Assembly: GCA_001949185.1 (NCBI GenBank) | Contig: BDGG01000003.1 | Location: 4,318,411 to 4,382,410 of the forward strand | DNA: 64,000 bases | DNA from: Ramazzottius varieornatus | Lineage: Eukaryota; Animalia; Tardigrada | Direction: 5' to 3' | Shown here: in pieces, positions 42,284-55,366 of the stretch | Position numbering within the stretch: the stretch's first letter is position 1 | Layout: the number at the start of each line of letters is the position of its first letter | Notes under the pieces: generated by a model | The model's input: only the letters and a program-made list of their open reading frames with translations | Databases searched by the model: none | Told to the model about the DNA's origin: nothing | Translations under genes and position numbers: made by a program

Positions 42284-45200
42284 ATGGTACCCGTGCAGAA
42301 GAGCACAACCAAGTCCTTCAAGCAGACCACTTTGAATTTCGGATTGTCACCCAGATCCGCCATCACCGAAACCATGCCTTCCACATCGACACCGAAGCCA
42401 TCCAAGTCGGCTAAGGCAGCCAAGAAGTCTCGCAAAGACGACTGGTCTGCCGACAAGTCGATGAAGCAGTCCAGGTTGTCTTTCACCGCATCGGAGTCAG
42501 GCCGGGATTCGGGCTTCGAGAGTAACTTACCATCGGGTAACGTTAGTGAACATAGCCTTGAGATTGGCGTTCCAGCTTCGAATACCAAATCGAGCAAATC
42601 AACGAAATCAGCCGAAACCGTAGAAATAGATTTGTCAGGCAGTAGCACCAAGTTGAAACAGTCCAAGAAGAATGAATCGTCCAACAGAACTCCTTCGAAA
42701 ATAGATTCGTCAACCGAAACGGAAAAGGGCATTCTGAAAGATAAACATGTCGCTATTCCTCTGGCTACAGCGTGAGTACTTTCGTCCACAATACACTGGA
42801 ATACTCATAATTGCATTGACCGGCTCGTAGAAAACGAAATTGGCCAAATCATTTCTCCAACTGGCGCATGTTTTCAGCTTATAACATTGGAAACATGCGC
42901 CACTTAAGAAACCCTCTTGTCAAAATCGGAACATTCGGCAGAAGGTTTTGAGAGACTTATTGAATTGTTTCGTGTTTTTATATCCATAGTCTGCCCAAGG
43001 ATTCAGACTGCGCTGATATGGCGTACGCGTTCCGTCGTGCCAAGCTGGAAGCAGTGGTCTCCGTCAAGAAGGAGAAGGCTATCTTGAGGCATCTTCGTAC
43101 TGGTCGCGAAGTGAGTGTGGAAATTTTGAATTTCTTAGAAGTTATTCGTTTGTTCTTATTTATGTTTCTAATTTTGCTCTTCTAGACGTACGAGGATTCA
43201 GAAATCGTGTGGCCTGACCTTCCTTCACCAGCTTCCGTGAAGACGCATGAAGCTCTGGCACATTCCTCTGGGGATTTGATCGCCTTCGGCCACTTCCTGG
43301 AGCTCTTGCAGAACTCGGACGAAAGGCAGCGTCTCAAGAAATGCCGATACGATTTGCGTAAGAAAAGTTGTCATTACTTTATGTACTACAATATCTTGAC
43401 TTGTCGATACATATCGTACTTTTATTTCTGTTGTGTACCTTTCAGAATATTTGCAAGAAGCGATAACCATGGAAAATGGCGGAACATCTGGAGACACTTA
43501 CTGCTCCATTCTTTTCTTACTGGCCGAAACCTTCAGAGAAATGAGTCCAGATTACAAGGTACAGGAAGTTGCTAGCTCGATTAGAAATATGGTCAGTAGG
43601 AAAAGGACAGTACTGATTACTGAAGTGACTTTTGATGGTTTATAACATCGCAAGCATGTTTTAGTTTGCGGCCATATTCCCAGTTCGTTTCGACGAACTT
43701 TCTCCGGACCACCTGCTGGCATGCGAGTCTCTCCGACAGCAGCTGTCCGAGTTTATGCGTGCGGCAAAGTTTGACTTCGCACCAGACTTTGCCGCGTTGA
43801 TCGAGAAACTTACCACGACCGACGTCAGAGACCTTTCTGTGACGGAAAGACTGACGTTACTTCTGAAGAGTCAGGACCTTCTCATCCGCGGCACCAAGTT
43901 TTACTCCACGTATCACCAAAAACTCTCCGATGAAAAAGACAAGATACGGTATAAATAAGATCGTTTTCCGAAGTGGCGCGCCCTGTCCGCCACCACCACC
44001 TAAAGCGTGCGCCACTTTGAAAAGTTTTGTTAGGGTTGTTTGGCGAGCCACTGAACCTTTCACCGTTCCTTTTCGTTTTATGTTTTGGTAAACTAATTCA
44101 TGTTTGTTACCTCAGGCAAACGATCAAGTTTTTGACGGACACCTTGGCCGAACTGACTTCCGGTATTGCTGCTGAAGACGACAAGTACACGGCACTGATG
44201 GACAGGTCGAATAGTGCACCGATGTCTAGATTCACTTCGAAAGAGATCAGTGACACCGAAAGTAAGTTGGAAACCGTTTTAGTTTTCTTCGTCATCAGAA
44301 AAACTATCGTTGACTATCGTTTGCTTTTGTAGAGACACTAACGAAACTTCGGAAGCAGTACGACGAAGCCCTCATCGAGCAGAAATTCGCCCATCTGAAA
44401 CTCTCCGTAAGCCTTTATGATATTTTCTTCCCCGATTAACCGTTTAAGAACCTGTCAAAGAATTTCATTCGTTTCTCTTTTGTTCGTCTTCCAGACGTTA
44501 CAGAGTCTTCTGACGGAAGCTACACACGCCGAGCATCTCGGTTACGATCGCCACCACAATCGTTACTGGTTCTTCCCAGAGCTCAGCCAGGGTATCTTCG
44601 TCGAGTCAGGGTGGTACGTGCCTCTTTCTAGCAGCAGAGATACCTCCACCACCACGGAACCTCTACCCGTAGTCTGCAACTTCGTTCTCACTGGGAGCGC
44701 ATCGGGTAGCGACCCGACTTACTCTGCACTATACCGTCTTTCCGAGGATGGTGAGTACCGTTTGTGCAGCCAAGACAGCAGCGTACCGCCTTCTGGCCCG
44801 AACCAGTGGTTCTTGTACAGTCCTGAGCAGTTGGAACAGCTGTGTGAGGCGATGATTCCCTTTGGTGTACGTGAGAAGAAGCTGAGGAAAGAGCTGAAGA
44901 AGGTACAAGAGTCGGTGCAGTCTGTGGAGAGAAGAGCGGAGCCGACTGTCCTGCAGAACCATCTCGAAGCGCTGACGAACTATGTGAAGAGTGTGGTTGA
45001 TCAGCTGGTCAAGGGACAATGCATTCCCACAGAGACAGAAATCAGCTGGGAAGTGACCGAAGAGGAGACGGATATTGATCGGTTGAAGAGAAATATCATC
45101 TGGATTTACGAGTATGTTCCGTTTTGCTTTTCTCGATAGTTTTTTTGGCGAATTTGCAGAGTTGGTGCCTTCGTGCGCGTATCTACATACAAAACGAAAT

Positions 45201-45976
45201 GCGTGTAAAAGGGAGTTCGGGTATGCAGGTGCTCGATAGCGTACGTTCCGAGTATTGGTTTGCTTTTTTGCAGATGCATACTCCCTTATCGCAGCAAAAC
45301 CGTAAAATTGAGTGTACAGGTGGCTGGAGCTTACGAATATCTTTTTCTACTGTGTACTTTTTAATACTTTTTACTGTTTGGTGTGGTATAGTATATGCTG
45401 TGAAGTTGTTTAACCTGTTTTATTTGCAGCTCGATCTTTCCTGGGTTTCTTCACACGGACCTTCGACCGGAAATCACCACTGGCGAAACTCTCTGGAGGG
45501 AAAGCGTCTCCTCCACCAGCAACATTTCCCGCTTGTACTACCTCTTCGTCGTCCTCGATCGCTCGATCAAATGGGAGTTCCGGATAACCGAACATTCAAC
45601 ATGTGACGCCTGCAGTAGGAAGACCCACCGTGTGCGGCTCCGTCGGTGCAACGAATGCCGCAAGGTTTACCACGCTAAAGACTGCGCCTGGTTCGTCAGT
45701 GGTCAATGCCACTTCTGCCGAGATGCCTCGCTGGGCGTACCCATTGAAGGACTGATGAATGTGGCAGATGGCGTCGAACCACCCTCGCCATCTGGCCATT
45801 CCAGTGTGGGGAGTGCTCGAGAGAATGTGGAGCTGATAGATGGTACAGTTCGGACGGCGCGGGCCAAGCGAGCTGACAAACGGGCGGGAAGGTCGGAGAG
45901 CTTGGAGACCATCGAAAGTGTTAACCTACCAACTAGTGTCTATTTTTTACGAAATAGAAAACGCCCTTGTGCTTGA
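42284..45976 (+). CDS. Divergent ACF1/BAZ1-like chromatin-remodeller subunit, copy B
   Basis: DDT-like SSGDLIAFGHFLELL; WHIM1 DLSVTERLTLL; LGYDRHHNRYWFF; MIPFGVREKKLR; SRLYYLFVVLDRSIKW followed by the PHD-like CDAC..CNEC..H..C..CHFC. May start further upstream (~41900). Confidence 0.75.
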
Positions 45977-46282
45977 ATGTTTTAGCTGCATGATAGTAGA
46001 ATCTGACCAATGAATCTGCATACGCCATGATATTTACTGTGTTGTCTCGTAGTGGGTCGGCTTTTGGTTCTAATTTGCAGTCGAATACGTAACTGTCATT
46101 TTTTGAAAGCGCCCGTTTCTTCCCCTCGTTTCATTGTGAATCCGTGTTACCCTCTATCGTGGTTGTACCAGATGCCTCGTTTGTAGTCATTACTCGTTGT
46201 AAGTGACTCGTAATTTTATTTGTTGTGCTTGCTCCAAGTATGTAATATAAATGTATGTATATATATAGTATGTGATAAAAAA

Positions 46283-46500
46283 AAAGATTTTTTTGCGCAT
46301 TGTTGAACTACCTTTGATAATTTAATATACATATATATGTTATGTTATATATATATATAACATAACAAAACATATATATATATATATATATATGTTTTGT
46401 TATATATATATATATATATATTAAATTATCAAAGGTTAAACTATATATATATGTGTTAAATTATCAAAGGTAATTCAACAGTGCGCAAAAATAATTTTTC
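46283..46500. repeat. AT-rich palindrome with a (TA)n core between two convergent genes
   Basis: ttttgcgcattgttgaactacctttgataatttaa ... (TA)n ... ttaaattatcaaaggtaattcaacagtgcgcaaaa. Confidence 0.85.
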
Positions 46501-46564
46501 TTTTCAACTTTAGCCAGGTACAAAACGTATGCAGCTTGAAATCGAAGGAATGACTTGGATTGAG

Positions 46565-48579
46565 CTAGGACGAGGAGAGTGGTAGCCACTGTAGTCTGTC
46601 ACGACGGACTTCAGACGGGTTGAACCGCCACATGTTGAGGCATAGCTGCTCAGGCTTCTTCCACAGCTTCCTATAGTCAGGCTGTGCTTCGAAACTCCAG
46701 TGTGGACAGAATCTCTTCCACAAATAGCCACGACTTCCCGGTGGACTAACTTCCATGACGTCGATCACAGCCGGCATAAACAGGTAAACCTTCAAAACAG
46801 CGGTAGAATAACCCTACTGTCATGTAATGTAACGTCATATATTACCTATGTATGACATGTCTGTGTAATTACCGTTCTTTCACGCGTTTTCCGTTCAAGG
46901 AGCTCTGCCACGTGTTCGTGCTTGACATGGTCGCTCATTCCAATGTTGACGAACCGCTCGCTCTCGTGTCTTGGCAGGAGAAGGGGAAATTGTGGAACGA
47001 TGTACGTCTGGTAGTAAGCCACATGCACTTCCGGTTGGGTCGTCAGCGTACGCTGGGCTGTTGAAAGACTGGGAATCACGCCGCCTTGGTGGACAAAACC
47101 AAAGAAGAAACCAGCTATGAGGTTAAACGCTATCCAGATTGCTTTCAACGGTGAACAGTTCCACACGATGTCCGCCAGGAGAATGAACATCGGGATCATT
47201 AAAGGCAGGAGGAAACGAGGCTCCTGATGTGGTATCATCGAGATCAGGAATAAAGGAACTAATATGATTAAAAAGAAAATGTAAGACTTTTCTTCGCGTA
47301 GCTTCTGCCGTAGAGAGGGAAAAAGAAGCGCGAAGAGCATGGGACCGAAGAGCTGTGGCATGCTGACGGTGAGATGGAAGTATCTTGGATGCAGACCGTG
47401 CACTTCGTTGTTCTTCGGGTTGATGTTGTACAGGAAGAATTGGTAGGGAGTGACGACAAATCTACCGAAGTAGAGACTGTCCACGGCGATGAACACAGCG
47501 CATGTTAAAAGTCCGGCAGTAACGCCACGAACTACATTTTTCACCTGAAAAACAACATTCGGAAGGATTACAAAGAGCGGAAATAAGATGAGGCGTGGTC
47601 ACACAATGTCGAAAAGTTTTCCTTATGGCGCACTCTTCCAGTTTACAACACCGTAGACGTACGCCACTTGGGAAAACTATCAAACTGGACGAGATTGTTG
47701 CCCCAAGTGGCGCACGTCTCCGGGCATATTGACCAACCGCTTGCGCCACTTACGACAGCAATCTTGCCGATTTTGTTTGGCGAGCTCACGAAAAGAGACT
47801 TTCTGAGCCACTACAACCTCAGGTACGCTACAAATAATTTCAGTGGTTTCATGGTAGTTGAATTCACGAAAAAAGTTACTTGGTAGCGAGCGAGAACGAG
47901 AAGCCACGGAATGGTTCCGAAAGCCAAGAATGTCGGTCGGTTGAATATTCCCGCAGCGCTGACAATGCCAATCCACTTCGCCGCAGACCTCTGCGACATT
48001 TGGCCATAGAGCGTAGACCTGCATACCAAGTACAGGAGCCAGGCAAACAGGAAAGTCTCGACCGAGTTACTAAACGTTCTCGACAAGAAGATGAATTCCA
48101 GGTAAGACGTCCGGAAGCACAAATCCAGCGCCCGGCTTCTTTGTCGACTTTTGGCCTTCACGCTTATCTCAGGTAAAAACCACCACAGTAGAACCCGCAG
48201 GAAGAAGAGGATGATTCTTGAAATAACAAGCATGAAGTACGAAGGGACAGAGACGCGCAGGTAACGAGAAACGAGAAGCGTGAAGTCAAATGGAATGCCC
48301 GTCGTCAGGTAAGGGATAGTAATGGTCCGCAGGGAGTTGACTGGATCGAACTCCCATGCTCGGTAATGTGTCACGTTGAAGATATCGCCTGTGCAACAAC
48401 GTTCCATCAGTAATACCCATGTGCAGGAGGCAAAGGATTTACGTACCGGCCATAATCTCGGGGTTTTGAAAGAATTCATCCGGATGGATGTAGCCAGTCT
48501 GGAACAGCGCGGCGATCTCCAGAGTTATCCAGAAGCAGCCTTGAAGGAACAGATTGCGCGTAATGGGTATGTTCACCAT
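46565..48579 (-). CDS. PIGZ: GPI mannosyltransferase 4 (PIG-Z/Smp3)
   Basis: [73 protein letters not shown]. Confidence 0.92.
47590..47786. repeat. Tandem pair of palindromic elements (82-bp offset) in a PIGZ intron
   Basis: Cores at 47625 and 47707, both with 27-bp spacers; the right end reads ...atcttgccgattttgtttggcgagct. Confidence 0.9.
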
Positions 48580-49288
48580 TGTGGTAGCTACTTATCATCT
48601 GAAACCGAGACAAGAAGGTGCTCGCCGGAAGTCGAGGCCGAAGCTGTGAGGAAAAGGAAGAAAACTTGTGAAGTTGAGAAAGAAATTCCGATTTGTAGAA
48701 TCCAATGTCTAAAACCAAAACACGATAATGTTATGTTATCATCGTCATGTCATGTCATGTCAGGGTATACGGTTTGTTGCCGCCTGTATTATCACAAAAG
48801 CAGTCACCACTGGTCACTCTTACGACCTGACGACCGCAATCTAAACCGGATCTCCATCGTGATTCTGTTTTATAGAAGCCTAGAAGGATTCTACCGTTTT
48901 TACCATTTCAGGTTCTAGTAATGTACGATGGAGCGGATGACTGCATAGCCATGCCAGAGTTCCAGAGTGTTGACTTGGCTTTTGTGCAATCTGTAACTGC
49001 AAACTGGCTCGAGCCTGATAATCTCTGCATTCTCAAATTCCTGGCCTTGTTTCGTCATATGTCACAAGGGATATCAGTAGCGTGTGTGATCAGAGAAGCT
49101 ACCTGTCCATTGACAATAAATCACAGAACAAGGTAATGGAGTTCTAATCTCGTCATACCTGCAAGTCCACGTGTTTCGCATCCCCACACCTTTATTTACA
49201 TGCCGTCAAAGCGCTATTATCGGCTGTCCGTATTCGTGAGAAGCTGCAGTTTTCAAGTTCTGCGACGATCGCCATGCCTGCTGTCCAG

Positions 49289-50989
49289 ATGAATTTTCTA
49301 CCAGTCATCATTCTATTAGTATCGTTTCTGTGTGGAACTTTGCAGCTGGACAACTTATCAAACACAGGTAAGCGTAGTACTACTTGTACCGGTGTTGGAA
49401 CACCAACGACGAACCCACATAGGACGTAGGAAAATGATTCCATCCAGATCGTTATCTCAAGTGGCGCATGTTTACGTGCTGCTGGCCGAGGGTATGCGCC
49501 AGTTGAGAAAACGATCTGACCGAAATCATTCGCCGACGTCCGATATAATATTATCATTGTACTTGCTTATAATTATAGCATCCATTTTTCAGTCGTGCTG
49601 GATGATATGTGCAGAAGCGCCAACCGCACCATCGTACTTCCTTGTCAAGCATCTTCGAACAGAAGATCCGGTTCCTTGATCTTCGACGAATATCCCTTGT
49701 CTGACTGTGATATCCTGGTCAAGGTGGTTCCTACCATGGAAAAGTGCAAAGCGGAAATCGATGACGGGGTTCAGTACGGAATTCACTTCAATATCCGGTA
49801 CAAGTTATCAGAAGACTTAGAAACAAGCAACCTTCATGATGTGAAGCTCGTGCAACCTAATTTGTCACTCTCCTTGTTATAATTAGGGACTTGTCGCTGC
49901 AGTACGACGACCTCTTTGAGGTCTTCGAATTCCCCAGAACCAACGTCGAGGATATCAGCTCTCTGCAAAGATTCAAAGTCAAGTCCCTCAGCGGACTGGA
50001 CGACATTAGCGCCTGCCGGACGGAACCATCCTCTTGTGCCCAACTGATATCCGCCTATGGATCCAGTCCGACACTGATACTCCATTTCCAGCGTGGAATC
50101 TTTCAAGCGAGGAACCCGGCTAGACCGTTTCGGATAGACTACACAGTTCTCACTCGTACGTGTCAACCTTTCACATTTGGGACGTCGGCAAATGACCTGA
50201 ACACACTCGTTATCCCAAGTTGCGCACGCTTCCATCATTAATGGCTGAAATTATGCGCCACTTGGAAAGACGAGCATGTTCAGATCATCTGTTGACGTTC
50301 TGCTTAATTCATGTCCGTTCTCTCATTTCTGGCGTTCACGCATCGGTGCTTTCACAGGATATCGTTCAGGTGGACATGGTGAAGTTTTCTGCAGTGCGCT
50401 ACAAGGTTACTTAAGGACAGATTTGATGTGCAGTAGAGAAGACCGGATATATTGTCCTTCCTCCTATGAGAAGGCTCTTGGGCTAAATCCCGCCGAGAAG
50501 AAGAATCAAGGGTTTCCGGCTCATGACCAATGCAGGAGCCGTAAGAATATCACTCTAACATTCACGAAGTCGAAGTTGTACAGCAAGTCGGTTGTTGTAG
50601 GGATACTGACGGCGGAAATTATTCTGGTTGGGTTTGCTTCCCTGCTTACCCTCACATTTGTCCTCTTCTGTGTCCTGTTCTGCTGCAAACGTTGGAATGC
50701 CCGACATGAGAAGATGGACGTTCGTTCTTTACCATCATACAGAACAGCGACGCGACCGTCACGGTTGGCCACCATATCAGAGGAAGTGCAGGGCCGTGGT
50801 GAGGACGGACAGTTGGACCACGCCTTCGATGACAACCTTCCGCATTACGAAGAACTCTTCCCACCTGTTAGAGCCACTGATGGTCGACGTCCCATCACGA
50901 GCATCGAGAATGAGGGTTCCATCTGCATGGAGTCATCGACCGCTTCAGCAAGAAACCAAGTCCGACATATGAGTTCCTATGGGATATAG
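49289..50989 (+). CDS. Type I membrane protein (signal peptide, Cys-containing CUB-like ectodomain, TM helix, cytoplasmic PY-like motifs)
   Basis: Signal peptide MNFLPVIILLVSFLCG; TM VVVGILTAEIILVGFASLLTLTFVLFCVLFCC; tail motifs LPSY and LPHYEELFPP. The domain identity is tentative. Confidence 0.65.
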
Positions 50990-51349
50990 TGATGTTGTCT
51001 CCAAAAAAAAACAACTTCAAGTTCTGACGCATAATTCTGCGTACATCTCGTTGGCCAAGAATTGCTCCATATTTTTACCTTTCAACACAGACCAAATTTT
51101 TATATTTGTCTCTTTGCATCGTTGCTTTCAACAGTTTGCGCATGGTAAAACAAACCAGAGTTCGGCAACTGTCTTGTATCTCACTTTCTTTCTACTGCAC
51201 GGTTGCAACTATCACAGACAAGAATAAAACGATTTGTTTGCTGCCAGCATTTCTCTATCAAAATGATAAACTGATTGCATAAAGGCCTACGTGCTTTGGC
51301 TTTCAGCAAGGAAATCAAACTATTTGTACAGCGCTTCGTGAACCTAAAG

Positions 51350-53233
51350 TTATCCGTACTTCGTCAGTTCTGGCCACTGGTCCACCGTAAGTTTCGTGCC
51401 TTGGCCATCGAAAACCCTACGAGATACCGCATGAAATGAGAACTCGGAAAACAAACTCGAAAAGCTTATTTTCACAAGTGGCGCATATCTTCAATGTTGT
51501 TGGTTGAGAGTGTGCGCCACTTGTAAAATGATCTTGTCGAGCACGTTTGCCTAGGTCCGAGAAAATAGAGAGAGAGATACTGTAAAAGGAATTTTACAAC
51601 AGAAAACAATTTGCGTACCTTTCAAGCCATGTGGACAGTCCGTCTAACGAGACCTCGCTATTCCGCGAATCCGCTGAAGTCTGCAGAAAGCCCACGTTCT
51701 GACTTTGACGACGTTTCCGGTTGGTGAGATTCTGACTTTCCACGTCCGAATCGCCGCTGTCCGAGCTGTCAGAGAACCCATAGTAGTTCTCTTTCTTATT
51801 CAACCTCCTTGTCGCTTTTGAGTGAAACAGGAAGAAGCATCTTTTGAAGTTGTTCAGGACCAAAACTGTACCCAGGCACGGCTTCTTCTTAATGTCGACC
51901 GAAGGCCCAACCAGACCGGCTTCTCGAAGAAGGTGTAGATACCAGTGAAAGTATTTGTCGAGATCCACATAGGCAAACGCCAACGTTCGCGAGCTGGAAA
52001 AGCAAAATACAAAGTAGCCAACTGAATTCTCTCAAGTTTCGTTGTTCATTGTGAATTTGAAATTGTTAGCTCGGTAAACAAGCTAGACTAGATTGCTTTC
52101 CCAAGTGGCGCACTTCTCCAGTAGTTTAGACTGAAAGCGTGCGCCACTTACAAATCCGACCAGATCGTTTTCCCAAGTGGCGCACGTTTTCAGTGTTATT
52201 GTCTGTACGCATGTGCTACTTAAGAGAACGATATCGTTGACCTTATTCGCCTGCTTCCAATTTACATACTTTCTGTAAGGGTGAATAGTGTCGGCAAACT
52301 GGTCCACTAATCCCTTTGAGCTTCCGTCCACCAGCAGCAGCACCGTTCTACACCCCGGTTTCTGCAGCTTCAACAGACCATAGTAAGTCTGCAGTGACAT
52401 TTCGTGGATTAGCTTATCTGTCGGTAGGGTCCTGTGGCTGGGGGAAAACGCTGCCTGTGAAGAACGCGGATCTTTCTTGCCCTCATCCGCATCGAAGAAT
52501 CGGACGAGTGCTCCGACACCCGTGATGGCCCCTACTGTCAGTAACGTCAACACCCAGGACGTTAGTCCATCGAACGACAAGACTTTGTTCCATATGCGTC
52601 GGCTCAGGGGCTCCTGTGGTTCTCTCCGCCTCGCCCGGAAAAAGTCTTGGCTGAAGTGTGCGAAGGGATCGCCTTGGAATTGGTAACGGCTGCCGTCGGA
52701 GGACTGGTAGAAGTAGACGGTTTCACCGTCACTCGAGAAAGGATGTCGTTGCTGTTGTCGCTGTGAGGTGTTTTCTCCATACTGATCGTAGTTCTTCCTT
52801 CGCTTCGGATCAGACAGTATCTGCGAAGGAAAGAATTAATACACAAAATGGGAATTCGGTACGTGAGCCATTCTTCGACCAAGATAAGTACTTGGTAAGC
52901 ATCAGCTATCTCCACGAAGCGGGCCTGAGCTTCTTTCTTTGTGCTCCGATCCGGATGCCTGAAAAGAAACGTTCGATGTGATGATACGGAACACAAACGA
53001 GCGATTATATACGGTAAGTATTATTGATGAAAATCCATTGAAGACTCATAAAGTAATCATTTGTGTCGGAAGTCGCACCATTCTCGCGCGAGCTTCTTGT
53101 AAGCTCGCTTGATCTCTCGCTGATCCGCATTCCGAGATAGTCCGAGTACTTCGTAAGGACTTCGGGCGGCTACGAGTGCGAACAAAGCAATGTGCAGAAA
53201 AACAACCAGCAGTGTTCCAGTCAGCAGACGCAT
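51350..53233 (-). CDS. DnaJ protein, DNAJC16-like (signal peptide, J domain, TM, cytosolic C-terminal domain)
   Basis: SPYEVLGLSRNADQREIKRAYKKLAREW/HPD...FVEIADAYQ/ILSDPKRRKNYDQYG. The C-terminal blocks EMSLQTYYGLLKLQKPGCRTVLLLVD, GTVLVLN and LDGLSTWLER/VFDG...WPEL are typical of DNAJC16. Confidence 0.8.
52068..52256. repeat. Tandem pair of palindromic elements (72-bp offset) in a DnaJ intron
   Basis: agctcggtaaacaagctagactagattgctttcccaagtggcgca-N27-tgcgccac... followed by a second core at 52177. Confidence 0.9.
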
Positions 53234-53596
53234 CTTCTGGCTGGTGGACCTTTTGAAGCGTATACAGGGCGCGTCGCTTTCCTCGTTCGAGGTTCTTGCT
53301 GCTCGAAATTCCGTCCTGCACCGAACGGAATCTGTAAGCTTCGAGAATTGAGAAGCAAAGAAAGGGAGCCTAGAAGACACATCCAGGTCGAAAGTCGAAA
53401 CAATGGAATAGGGATTAGGGACAGCGGTGGACGGGTGATTTATTCAGCCTAATATCGAAATCACGGCACTTTCACCTACGACCCGTCAAGAAACGGTATA
53501 ACGGGCAATCTTATCATCAGTGCGCGAATTCTACCTCTATTGAACAAGAGACCTGGTGTTCGAACGACATTCGGAACGATATTTTTCATTTAAAAG

Positions 53597-54416
53597 TAGA
53601 GCTGTTAATGGTGTGAATCATATGGTTTGATTTGGTTTAGATGGTGGTTTGCATGCCAAACCGGATAAATGAAAATGGTTTCTCCCGCAAACCACCAAAA
53701 GTGGTCTGGTCTATACTTCAAACCATACCATTTAAACCAGACCATTTAGACCAGACCACATAAACCACCGATTTGAACCGGTTTACGAACAGCTTTTCGA
53801 TCACCAGTACATAGTAAATTCTGACACAGTTTTCTTCAGTTGACTAATCAACGAAAATAACCACCGAGGACATAAGAAGTTGAGCGACCGTTGCTGGTTT
53901 CTCTACAAACAGACGCAAACAGGCAAAACTGGCGCGTGCTCGAAATAAAAACGCACCACGGCAAGCTATCCGGTAGTGCAATCATTTTTCCACCAGCAGT
54001 GTTGTCCAACACTGCCGGAACTGCGATTTTTACCTGACGGAAGGCGTAGTTCTGATGTCGCACAGCTTACGGCCCTGTACTCACCCAGTTAAAGCTGTCC
54101 ATCACGTGGCACTCAGAACGATGTGGCTGCACACGGTGGCAGTGGGGGGAAAACGATTGGCACTGTCAGACGGTCAGTTTTGGCCCGACTTCCAGCACAG
54201 AATCTGCAGATTTCGTGGGAAATTTCCCTCTACCCCAAACTATATTAAACCACATAAACTAGTGGTTCATATGGTTTGGCGTGAGATCGAAACCGGTTTG
54301 AGTGATTTGGTTTGAAATGCCATATCGTTTGAGGTGGTTCGGTTTGGAGGTCGAACCACGAACCACATAAACCATATTAAACACTAAGTGGTTTGGTCTG
54401 GTTTTTAACAGCTCTA
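53597..54416. mobile_element. hAT-like non-autonomous element with subterminal AAACCA/TGGTTT arrays
   Basis: TIR TAGAGCTGTTAA ... TTAACAGCTCTA. The flanking 8-mers tttaaaag and tttgaaaa match at 6/8 positions (possible decayed TSD). Dense AAACC(A/G) and TGGTTT repeats lie near both ends. Confidence 0.7.
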
Positions 54417-54855
54417 TTTGAAAAATATTGATCGACTGAGTGCCGTTCCAAAGTTGAGCTGCGCTTGAGGTTGGGAAGCAGTTCTGTGTTTCGGATAATT
54501 CATTGAATAAATCACCCGTCCACCGCTGATTAGGGGAAGCCCTTCCGGTTGGGCTCATACAATTAACTTTTTCGTAGAAAACGAACAATCAACTACTCGG
54601 ATCAATCTAGTCGATGTCGCCGCAAGATTTATTGCAAACTCAACCTTGTTGTTGTCTTCGTTTATCGTTTTTGTAAGGAGTTCCGTACCGTATGTAGAGA
54701 GGTTGATACTTGCGTGGTTTAGTTTACTGTTTTGAATCAGCACAGCAATTCGACTCCGCCCACCAGCTACACTAAACACGCAGAGGTTGCGACCCGTTAT
54801 GCCAGGCTCGGATTAGCGTAGTGCAACTTACGTACGGACAACGGCAGTCGCGAAC

Positions 54856-55172
54856 CAGCAGTTGAAGAGGCAGTTAAAGCTCTGTACACAAAGCTACAGT
54901 TAAAGTCAGACTGTGTGAAGTCGAACTACTAAAAGGCCGCGGAAACAAAGCTACAGTTGAAAGCTACGGTTCATAGCGAATAAAGAAAATAGTCAACGCT
55001 GCAGTTGAACCTACAGTCGTATAGATGAGCAGCTCTTACAGAGCCACAGTTAACGGTACCATAAACTGTAGCTCAGCGCGCACGTCCAGTAAACATACAT
55101 CGACGGTAGGTTTAACTGTAGTTTTAATCACAGACTGGAGTATCTTGGAAACTGCAGTTTCAGCTGTGGTTT
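54856..55172. repeat. Array of CTACAGTT motifs followed by inverted AACTGTAG motifs (probable MITE relic)
   Basis: agctacagtt, gctacagttg, gctgcagttg, cctacagtc, ccacagtt, then aactgtagct, aactgtagtt, aactgcagtt. Confidence 0.6.
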
Positions 55173-55366
55173 TCTAGTCACCTATGGTTCTGTGTTTCAT
55201 GCACGAGTTGTCTACTATGACCGGGTCGATAGAACGATCGTGAAAACAAGCAGAAAGAAATTTTCCAGTGAGACTGGGACTGTGAGGTAGAATTTCGAAA
55301 CTTTCCAGTTGGAGAAATTCAAAGGATGCCGTAAAGTAGACGACAAGTAAAGTTTACGGATTGAAG

